From Desulfurococcales archaeon (GTDB taxonomy: Archaea > Thermoproteota > Thermoprotei_A > Sulfolobales > Fervidicoccaceae): 64,000 bases of DNA. Below the pieces are notes generated by a model. The model made no database searches, was not told where the DNA came from, and was given only the letters and a program-made list of their open reading frames with translations. Of the stretch, positions 54,074-64,000 are shown in pieces. Positions within the stretch are counted from its first letter, which is position 1; each line of letters opens with the position of its first letter. Where the stretch lies: NCBI GenBank assembly GCA_027014955.1, contig JALWDA010000073.1, positions 12,926-76,925 on the forward strand, in the 5' to 3' direction. The translations under genes and the position numbers were made by a program.

Positions 54074-54270
54074 GAGGTCACATACTTGGGCATAACAATA
54101 GCCGTCACAGATCTCCCTACTAAGCTGTTTTTCTCTATAATGATTATTTTATGGCAGTTGGAAAACACGAGATATTGTAACTAGACTATTAGGGAATGGT
54201 CGTGGATGCTAGACTCTGGGCGAATTCTTAATAACTTATGTGAAGCGTCAAAAGGGGGAGATTACAAGAG

Positions 54271-54876
54271 ATGGGCAGAAACCCCGCACCCTTGCCCCAG
54301 GAATGGTACGCAAGAGACCCCAAAAGAGTCGCCCTAGAACTTCTGGGAAAGATACTGGTGAGGAAGACGCCTGATAACGTCACTATAAAGTGCATGATAA
54401 CGGAGACTGAGGCCTACTATGGTCCCGAGGACCCGGCGTCGAGAGCTAGAAAGGGTGGAGACCTTCGCGAGGTTATGGGAGGGCCGGTGGGACACGCGCT
54501 TGTCTACGGGGTTCACAAGCAGTGGCTACTTAACGTAGTTGCCCATAAGCCGGGCGAGTATGGAGCAGTCCTCTTCAGAAGCTGTGAGCCGCTGGAGGGC
54601 CTTGAGCTTATGATGAGGAACAGGGGTGTGGATAATGTTAAGCTGCTGACCACGGGGCCTGGACGCCTTACGCGGGCACTGTTGATTGACAAGAGCTTTC
54701 ATAAGAAACCCATGTATGTCGTGTCACATGGCCTTTGGATAGAAGATGAGGGTTTTGACGTGAGGGAAAGTGATATTGTCTCGAGCCATAGGATAGGTGT
54801 TAGGGAAGACTTGCCCGAGAAGCTAAGGTTTATCCTTAAGACAAGCCCCTATATATCTAAACCTCCCCGGGGATGA
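54271..54876 (+). CDS. mpg: DNA-3-methyladenine glycosylase (AAG/Mpg family)
   Basis: ITETEAYYGPEDPASRA, GHALVYGVHKQWLLN and TGPGRLTRAL motifs. Confidence 0.88.
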   Translation: MGRNPAPLPQEWYARDPKRVALELLGKILVRKTPDNVTIKCMITETEAYYGPEDPASRARKGGDLREVMGGPVGHALVYGVHKQWLLNVVAHKPGEYGAVLFRSCEPLEGLELMMRNRGVDNVKLLTTGPGRLTRALLIDKSFHKKPMYVVSHGLWIEDEGFDVRESDIVSSHRIGVREDLPEKLRFILKTSPYISKPPRG

Positions 54877-55325
54877 AGTCTATGAGTAAGGAAGACGAGG
54901 GGCATGTTATAGAGGGCGTCCCAGGCCATGTGGCATGGCGGGGCTGGGCAAGGGAGTTACAGCGCATGCTGAGGAGCTATGGCCTTTCCTATGAAGCCGA
55001 ATTAGACCACACCCGTATTCACCTCAAGGGCGTCCTCATACAAGTATACCCTGACCCCAAGGGCTACGTGATAGACGCCAGCCTGCCACTGCCACTAGGT
55101 GGCGAGGACCCTGATTTCCTTTCTGAAATCCTCGAGGGCTTTAGAACAATACTTACCCTGATAAACAGCGCCCGTGGGGTGAGACCCGTCTACGAGCTAG
55201 ATACCAGCCTCCCCTATAATCCTTCCCTCCATACAATCATTCACTATAGCGACCCAGATAGCCTAATTTCCACCATGAAGACGTTTCTCGACACAATGTT
55301 CAGTGCAAGCGAGGAGGAAAAATAG
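54873..55325 (+). CDS. Hypothetical protein (150 aa), translationally coupled to mpg
   Basis: An ATGA start/stop overlap with mpg. No recognisable motif. Confidence 0.5.
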   Translation: MKSMSKEDEGHVIEGVPGHVAWRGWARELQRMLRSYGLSYEAELDHTRIHLKGVLIQVYPDPKGYVIDASLPLPLGGEDPDFLSEILEGFRTILTLINSARGVRPVYELDTSLPYNPSLHTIIHYSDPDSLISTMKTFLDTMFSASEEEK

Positions 55326-55473
55326 CCCTGTAATCCACTTACCCTTATCTTGATACGTCGAACATCATTGTGAAAAAGGACAAAAAACGCTCAAAGACTA
55401 GGTTGGACACGGTCGTTTTAAGATAAAAAAGCATACATTGAAGCCTCGTAGTTGGATAAAAATACAGATAATG

Positions 55474-55962
55474 TCAGCTACTGGACGCTACCTCCATCGC
55501 TCTCTTAACTACCTCGTCATAGTCTGGTTCGACAAGAGGGTCGTCGCTAACCCATTTCCACGCGACCTTGCCCTCCTTGTCTATTATGAAGACAGCCCTC
55601 TTGGCTAGTCCTTTGAGGCCCTTAAGGTCCTCTAGCACGACGTTGTATTTCTTTATAACCTCCTTGTTGAAGTCGCTTAGAAGGTCAAAGCCCAACCTGT
55701 TCTTCTCTTTGAACTCTTTCAACGAGAAGGGAAGGTCAACGCTTATTCCCACGACCTTCGCGTTAGCCTTTTCGAGCAGTGCCATGCGGTCCCTGAAATT
55801 GCAGAGTTCGTTGGTACACACGGGGCTAAAGGCTGCGGGGAAGAATACAAGTATCACGGGTTTCCCATCTTTTAGGAGGTCCCCCAGGCTGACGGGCTGG
55901 AAGTCTTGGTTGTACAACGTGAATTCAGGAGCCTTTTCCCCAACTTCTACCATTTCAACCAC
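55474..55962 (-). CDS. bcp: Peroxiredoxin (Bcp-type thiol peroxidase)
   Basis: FFPAAFSPVCTNELCNF, with the peroxidatic and resolving Cys in the Bcp CxxxxC arrangement. Confidence 0.9.
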   Translation of the reverse strand: MVEMVEVGEKAPEFTLYNQDFQPVSLGDLLKDGKPVILVFFPAAFSPVCTNELCNFRDRMALLEKANAKVVGISVDLPFSLKEFKEKNRLGFDLLSDFNKEVIKKYNVVLEDLKGLKGLAKRAVFIIDKEGKVAWKWVSDDPLVEPDYDEVVKRAMEVASSS

Positions 55963-56245
55963 CCTTGAATCCGTTTGAGAGTATGGTTTATTTCGGAAAT
56001 ATCGTCGTCAGGGGTTTATAGGGTGGTGTAATTACCTTCCATGACACGGGCTTTCTCGAGTACTCGCAGAGTGTATATATACGTGGTAAATAAGCGCCTT
56101 AACACTCAGTCATCAGTTATGTGCAGAATATAGTAATTATTCTTAATAATTCATAAATGAAAAAGTTTATTCACGCCAATCCTTAAACCATCCCAATAAT
56201 AGCCCCCCTAATTATACGAACAAAGCGGGGCGAAGTGAGGAAGCC

Positions 56246-59117
<2,872 letters not shown>

Positions 59118-59320
59118 TTACTCACCCGATTTTACAAGGCCCGTCTAGGAGTCCAGTTTTTTATCAATATTGTTTAATCACACCGTCTATCTTTGTCTCC
59201 CTTCTGCACCCGTTTGCCCCAAGCATAGTCTGTAGCAAGTAATTGAAATTAAGGGGAAGAGGGCAACGTAATTTACTAGATCAATATGTATTCCAAGCCA
59301 AAGCCCCATGTAGGAGAAGG

Positions 59321-61075
59321 GTGGCCTTCTTGGTTGAGACGATAAACCATGACGTGGTAATAATAGGTTCTGGCCTGGCTGGCCTCAGGGCAGCCGTGGA
59401 GATAATGAGGATGTTCGAGGAGAAGGTCAACGTAGGCATAATATCCAAGGTACAGTTGATGCGAAGCCACAGTGTGTCGGCCGAGGGTGGCACCGCGGCT
59501 GTCCTCTACCCTGACGAGGGGGACAGTATAGCGCTTCACGCGTGGGATACAGTTAAGGGCTCTGACTTCCTCGCCGACCAAGATGCTGTCTGGACCCTGG
59601 TATCCCACATGCCTCAGGAAATATACCTCCTTGAACACTGGGGGATTCTCTGGAGCAGGAGAGAAGACGGACGCATAGCCCAGAGGTATTTCGGAGGCCA
59701 GACCTTCCCTAGGACAGTATACGCTGGTGACAAGACTGGGCTCTTCGAGATGCAGACCCTATATGGAAAACTACAGGAATATGATAACTACGAGAGGTAC
59801 GACGAGTGGTTCGTGACTTCATACGTTATAGAGGATGGCGAGTATAGGGGCGTAACAGCGATTAATATGAAGGATGGGAACCTGTATCTGTTCAGAAGCA
59901 AGGCGGTCATCATAGCAACAGGTGGAGGGGGTAGGGTCTACGGGTTTAGCACATACGGTCACACTGTTACGGGAGACGGCCTCGCTATGGCCTACAGGGC
60001 GGGCATACCGCTAAAAGACATGGAGTTCTACCAGTTCCACCCAACCGGTATAATACCCTCAGGAATATTGGTCACGGAGGGAGCCAGGGGAGAAGGGGGC
60101 ATTCTTCTGAACAAGAACGGGGAACGGTTCATGAAAAAATATGCACCCACTAAGATGGAACTCGCCCCCAGAGACATAGTCTCAAGGGCCATGTTCACCG
60201 AGATGAAGGAGGGAAGGGGATTCAAGGACGAAGAAAGCGGGTTAGAGTACCTCCTTCTAGATCTGAGGCACCTCGGCGAGGAAAAGCTCAACGAGAGGCT
60301 CCCCCTGGTCAGGGAAGTTGCAATAAAGTTCGCCGGAGTGGACCCAGCCGAGGAACCCATACCAGTTAGGCCCGTGGCCCACTACACCATGGGGGGCATA
60401 CACGCGGATATAAGGGGACGGGTTCTCGACGCGCAGGGCAGATGGATAAAAGGCATGTGGGTGGCAGGTGAAGCGGCTGCCTATAGTGTCCACGGTGCCA
60501 ACAGGCTGGGCTCAAACAGTACAGCTGAGTGCCTGGTATGGGGCAAGATAACGGGTAGGGAAGCCGGCCTATACGCATTGAAGTCGCCCTCACTACCACC
60601 TATGCCGTCGAATGAAAAAGTCGCGGGCGAGGAAAAGAGGCTCTTCGATGGACTTCTCAAGAGGGAAAGTGGCAAGGAAACCGCGTACCAGATAAAGAAG
60701 GAGCTTAACCATGTAATGGACACACATGTCTACGTTTATAGGAATGAGGAGGGGTTGAGAAAGGCACTGTCGAAGATAAGGGAGCTTAAAGAAAGGTTCA
60801 AGAACGTGGCTCCCAGCGACAAGTCCCGTATTTACAATACTGATTTCATAACAGTGCTCGAGACAGAGAACCTGCTGGACATAGCCGAGGTGATAGTAGT
60901 GGGAGCACTGGAGCGTAGGGAGAGCAGGGGAAGCCACGCGAGGACTGATTACCCCAAGAGGGACGACGAGAACTGGCTCAAGCACACCCTTGCTACGTAT
61001 AGTAGAGACGGGCCTGTGCTCAGCTACTGGCCCGTGACCATAACAACTTGGAAACCCGTTGAGAGAAAATACTAG
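59321..61075 (+). CDS. sdhA: Succinate dehydrogenase / fumarate reductase flavoprotein subunit
   Basis: FAD motif DVVIIGSGLAGLRAA, covalent-FAD segment RSHSVSAEGG, HPTG and RESRGSHAR. The start is uncertain: GTG at 59321 (used here), TTG at 59330, or TTG at 59243. Confidence 0.92.
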   Translation: MAFLVETINHDVVIIGSGLAGLRAAVEIMRMFEEKVNVGIISKVQLMRSHSVSAEGGTAAVLYPDEGDSIALHAWDTVKGSDFLADQDAVWTLVSHMPQEIYLLEHWGILWSRREDGRIAQRYFGGQTFPRTVYAGDKTGLFEMQTLYGKLQEYDNYERYDEWFVTSYVIEDGEYRGVTAINMKDGNLYLFRSKAVIIATGGGGRVYGFSTYGHTVTGDGLAMAYRAGIPLKDMEFYQFHPTGIIPSGILVTEGARGEGGILLNKNGERFMKKYAPTKMELAPRDIVSRAMFTEMKEGRGFKDEESGLEYLLLDLRHLGEEKLNERLPLVREVAIKFAGVDPAEEPIPVRPVAHYTMGGIHADIRGRVLDAQGRWIKGMWVAGEAAAYSVHGANRLGSNSTAECLVWGKITGREAGLYALKSPSLPPMPSNEKVAGEEKRLFDGLLKRESGKETAYQIKKELNHVMDTHVYVYRNEEGLRKALSKIRELKERFKNVAPSDKSRIYNTDFITVLETENLLDIAEVIVVGALERRESRGSHARTDYPKRDDENWLKHTLATYSRDGPVLSYWPVTITTWKPVERKY

Positions 61076-61098
61076 GCAGTAGATGGAGGTGCGATAGG

Positions 61099-61572
61099 TT
61101 GGGGGAGAAGAGGAAGCCCCGGTTCCTTGAAAACCGCTTGGGTATTATGGGTAACATTGTTCCCTGGGTCCTGATGATACGCGACAACCCCGAGCGGGTG
61201 GCCTTTGTCCTCCACAGGCTCACTGGCCTGCTGCTGATAATATACCTGCCTGTACATATATTTGTGACGAGTATGACTGTGAACCCGCAGAAGTGGGAAG
61301 ACTTCCTACGACTTGAAGAGAACCCGCTTGCCCAGTTCTTCCTATGGATACTCTTCGGCTCCATCGTCTTCCACGGGCTAAATGGGATACGCCTACTGCT
61401 AGTAGAGGGGCTGGGCAAGGGAATAGGAAAGCCAGAACCCCCAGAGCCTCCCTACAAGCCCACAAGCCTTTCATCTGCCCAGAGAAAATGGCTCTACGCG
61501 GTATTCGCTATTTGGCTGATCGTGTGGATAGTGGGAGGCATTATACTTTTTAGAGAATTCGGCTGGGTCTAG
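61099..61572 (+). CDS. sdhC: Succinate dehydrogenase membrane subunit (cytochrome b-like, SdhC)
   Basis: 157 aa with three TM helices and a HRLTG motif. The TTG start lies 8 nt after GGAGGTG. Confidence 0.75.
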   Translation: MGEKRKPRFLENRLGIMGNIVPWVLMIRDNPERVAFVLHRLTGLLLIIYLPVHIFVTSMTVNPQKWEDFLRLEENPLAQFFLWILFGSIVFHGLNGIRLLLVEGLGKGIGKPEPPEPPYKPTSLSSAQRKWLYAVFAIWLIVWIVGGIILFREFGWV

Positions 61573-61585
61573 GAGGTGCATCACC

Positions 61586-61948
61586 GTGCCTCGGGAATCT
61601 ACTCTCCACCTACTCCTTTACGCTACTGCGGGGCTTCTAGCCGTCTTCCTCACAATACACGTTGCCCTCCATGCACCGGGCCTATTTTATGACACCTACA
61701 AGGAAAGCGTGCAGAGGGAGAGTGTCCGTAGGAACTACGAGAACTTCGGATGGGCACTAGTAGCACTGTTAATAGTAGCCGTTATCCACGGCCTCGTAGG
61801 TCTCAGGGGGATACTGCTAGAGCTGAGGCAGGGACCTAGATGGGAGGCCTTCGTCAACTTCCTTGTAGTGTTCCTAGGCGCGTACATGTTGGGTCTGGGC
61901 ACATACACCCTCCTAACATGGCTTGGGATAATGCACTTCGGGGGGTGA
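61586..61948 (+). CDS. sdhD: Succinate dehydrogenase membrane anchor subunit (SdhD)
   Basis: 120 aa with three TM helices. The GTG start lies 8 nt after GGAGGTG. It sits between sdhC and sdhB. Confidence 0.7.
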   Translation: MPRESTLHLLLYATAGLLAVFLTIHVALHAPGLFYDTYKESVQRESVRRNYENFGWALVALLIVAVIHGLVGLRGILLELRQGPRWEAFVNFLVVFLGAYMLGLGTYTLLTWLGIMHFGG

Positions 61949-61954
61949 GAGCGT

Positions 61955-62902
61955 ATGGGCATCAATGCTAACGGAAGACCCGCTACGCGAGTTGTCAAGA
62001 TAAGGGTACGGAGGTACGATCCAGAGACTGGTAGGAGGTGGTGGCAAGAGTATAGAGTGGAGGCCAAGAAGGGAACCACCGTTCTTGACGCGCTGCTCAA
62101 GATAAAGGCGGAGCAGGACCACACCCTAGCTATGAGGTACTCGTGCAGAATGGGTGCTTGTGGCAGCTGTGGCATGCTTATAAACAAGATGCCCCGCCTC
62201 GCATGCGAGACCCAACTCCTGGAGCTCGGGACAGACACTGTCACCATAGAGCCCCTGCCCAACTTCCCCGTCCTGAGGGACCTGATAACAGACTTCGGCG
62301 ACTTCTTCAAGAAGCATAGGGACATCATGCCCTACATAGTGAGGGAGAGCAAGAAAGAGAACGAGGAGCCCTATAGGGAGTACTACATGCCACCCGACGA
62401 GCTGAACAAGATTATCAGGTACTCCTACTGTATAATGTGCGGCCTATGCTACGCCGCTTGCCCCGTGGTCGCTATCGACAAGAAGTTCCTAGGACCACAG
62501 GCACTGGGACAGGCATACAGGTGGGTCACCGATGTTAGGGACGAGGGTCTTAGGCTCAGGCTGGAAAAGGTAGATGACAAGCACGGTGTATGGAGATGCC
62601 ACTTCGCTGGCTCCTGCTCCGCAGCCTGCCCCAAGGGAGTTGACCCCGCTCAGGGAATACAGCTCCTCCGCTCAAAGCTGGTCGCGCTCACCGCCGGGGC
62701 TAGAAGAGATAAGAAACCGACCCATGTGGCGACTCCAACCACCGTACGCTATGTCGATGTGGGGGATGCTCCCAAGCCTACCGTGGAGGATAAGAGCCTG
62801 CTCGTCAAGCACCTCGAGGAGACGGCCCAAGAGCTGGAGCAGGACCTTCCATACGTTGCACAGGCTCTGAGGGACTACCTCCGCACAATAACGTCGTCAT
62901 AA
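61955..62902 (+). CDS. sdhB: Succinate dehydrogenase iron-sulfur subunit, with a C-terminal extension of about 70 aa
   Basis: Cluster motifs CRMGACGSCGM...C, CIMCGLCYAACP and CHFAGSCSAACP. Confidence 0.92.
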   Translation: MGINANGRPATRVVKIRVRRYDPETGRRWWQEYRVEAKKGTTVLDALLKIKAEQDHTLAMRYSCRMGACGSCGMLINKMPRLACETQLLELGTDTVTIEPLPNFPVLRDLITDFGDFFKKHRDIMPYIVRESKKENEEPYREYYMPPDELNKIIRYSYCIMCGLCYAACPVVAIDKKFLGPQALGQAYRWVTDVRDEGLRLRLEKVDDKHGVWRCHFAGSCSAACPKGVDPAQGIQLLRSKLVALTAGARRDKKPTHVATPTTVRYVDVGDAPKPTVEDKSLLVKHLEETAQELEQDLPYVAQALRDYLRTITSS

Positions 62903-62903
62903 A

Positions 62904-62926
62904 TATTTTTCATGCCGTATGGCATA
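62904..62926 (+). terminator. T-run plus short hairpin between convergent genes
   Basis: TTTTT (62906-62910) is followed by ATGCC-GTAT-GGCAT (62912-62925), directly after the sdhB stop. Confidence 0.3.
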
Positions 62927-62978
62927 GCCACTTATCGTGGAAAATAATGAGGCTATAAAACTAAACCAGAGGCCCTTA

Positions 62979-64000
62979 TCAGGCTGTTAAATCCCTAGAA
63001 TGCCAGTCAACTTCTTCAAGCGCGCCCCCTAGGCTTATTATTTCTCTGACCTCGCTCACTCTTGCATCCAGCCTCCTGTCTCCAAAAGTGTTTGAAAAGT
63101 AAAGCTCCCCTGACCTGGCGAGGGACTCGCTTCCCGTCTTTCCCGAGAGCCATATCAGCTCTGCAACTGCTATTGTTTTAGCCAGTGTATCGAGGACGTT
63201 TTTAGCCATCCATTGCGCCTTGTAAGAGTCCTCTCCTATAGAGCGGATAGCCTTTCTCGCTATCTCTAGGAGTTCCTCCCCCAACCTATGGCTGGCAACC
63301 CAGTAACTGGACGTGACCATGTTTTCAAGGTCTTCCAACATACTTTTATGAGCGTTCTTCTTAACCATAGCCTCGAGCATATCCAGGGCCTGTACATTGC
63401 TCGTCCCCTCCCAGATTGGAGTTATCAGAGCCTCCCTGTGCCACCTCTCTATGGGGAACTCGTGGAGGAAACCAATACCTCCGTAGACTTCCATTGCCCT
63501 CCTGGTCACGTCCGCGGCTATGTCTGCGGTGAAGTTCTTGGCCATGTGCGTGAGTAACCTGGCATAGTGATACTTGTCGTCATATGGGGGCTCTTTCTTC
63601 CATGACTTGTCAAAAGAATCTATCGCCTTGAGTGTTAGCGCTAGGCCTGCTTCGATGCCTAGCTCTGCTTCGAGCAGGTCCCGGGCGAGGAGCGGGTGTT
63701 CTATAATCCTCTTTCCAAACGCCCTTCTTACCTGCGAGTAACCGTATGCCTCAATATATGCTTTTCTTGCAATACCGAGCGCCCCTATAGAGTTGGCGAG
63801 CCTTGAAACCATGAGGTCCTCCATGGTGTAGTAGATACCATTCTCGGGCTCGCCTATGAGATGTGCCTCGCTCCCAATAAGCTCGACCTCTCCCGTGGGA
63901 ACAGAAATTGTCCCGCTTTTCCATTTGAGCCTCCTAACCCTGTAGTTCAGAAACCCCTTACTATCCAGGCGGGGGACGGCAAACAGTGCCAACCCTTTCG
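62979..64000 (-). CDS. Acyl-CoA dehydrogenase, C-terminal part (gene continues right of the window)
   Basis: ACAD middle and C-terminal domain patterns (FAVPRLD..., RLANSIGALGIARKAYIEA, RRAFGKRIIEHPLL, YGGIGF, EGTSNVQ). The frame is open to the window edge. Confidence 0.85.
   Translation of the reverse strand, partial: KGLALFAVPRLDSKGFLNYRVRRLKWKSGTISVPTGEVELIGSEAHLIGEPENGIYYTMEDLMVSRLANSIGALGIARKAYIEAYGYSQVRRAFGKRIIEHPLLARDLLEAELGIEAGLALTLKAIDSFDKSWKKEPPYDDKYHYARLLTHMAKNFTADIAADVTRRAMEVYGGIGFLHEFPIERWHREALITPIWEGTSNVQALDMLEAMVKKNAHKSMLEDLENMVTSSYWVASHRLGEELLEIARKAIRSIGEDSYKAQWMAKNVLDTLAKTIAVAELIWLSGKTGSESLARSGELYFSNTFGDRRLDARVSEVREIISLGGALEEVDWHSRDLTA

Noticed and set aside
54618-54660. Perfect AUGAUGA box, with a CUGA 29 nt downstream, inside mpg.
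   Set aside because: The spacing is incompatible with a C/D guide, there is no second box pair, and it encodes LMMRN in a confident CDS.
59845-59905. Antisense AUGAUGA, 11 nt, CUGA half-motif inside sdhA.
   Set aside because: There is no C' or D box downstream. It lies within a strongly supported CDS and is compatible with chance, given the many GAT-GA codon junctions.

Overview
This 64 kb window looks like a gene-dense chromosomal stretch from a hyperthermophilic archaeon, most likely a crenarchaeon (Thermoprotei). I cannot name the species from sequence alone. The evidence for this placement is archaeal hallmark genes: an ATP-dependent DNA ligase, a family-4 Fe-S uracil-DNA glycosylase, aIF-2B-like paralogues, TYW1/Taw1 plus a Trm5/Taw2-family methyltransferase, an HMG-CoA synthase/thiolase/DUF35 operon, a box C/D sRNA and a two-subunit 2-oxoacid:ferredoxin oxidoreductase. 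The proteins are also rich in E/K/R/I/V.

I support about 60 CDS, one tRNA-Gly(UCC) and one strong plus one weak box C/D sRNA. I saw no CRISPR array, transposase, integrase or prophage signal, so this is core genome rather than an accessory island. The main blocks are:
- a CBS / Mut7-C / AMMECR1 cluster and DNA ligase
- UDG, dolichyl-phosphate mannose synthase and TrkH
- a five-gene Dpp/Opp-type ABC transporter
- split MetE and the mevalonate-entry operon
- hisS, map and cdd
- an AdoMetDC-type decarboxylase and two aIF-2B-like genes
- pyruvate kinase convergent with PPDK
- PNP and 3-methyladenine glycosylase
- peroxiredoxin, OFOR alpha/beta and sdhACDB
- a truncated acyl-CoA dehydrogenase at the right edge

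The observations most worth following up are:
1. A thiolase homologue with no cysteine at all, sitting in the HMGCS-thiolase-DUF35 operon.
2. A 160-aa ORF that threads onto a GGDEF/Cas10-like palm (nucleotide cyclase) fold. It is divergent from a calcineurin-like phosphoesterase, and a canonical C/D sRNA lies between them.
3. Two paralogous secreted, C-terminally anchored, ATPase-less Lon (S16) protease-domain proteins.
4. An MTHFR-like gene whose first ~80 codons resemble the MTHFR N-terminal strands but have no ATG/GTG/TTG start. This stretch opens across the stop codon of the upstream gene.
5. A catalytic-type plus degenerate pair of aIF-2B-family paralogues.

All functional calls come from motif recognition by eye. 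No database search was run.
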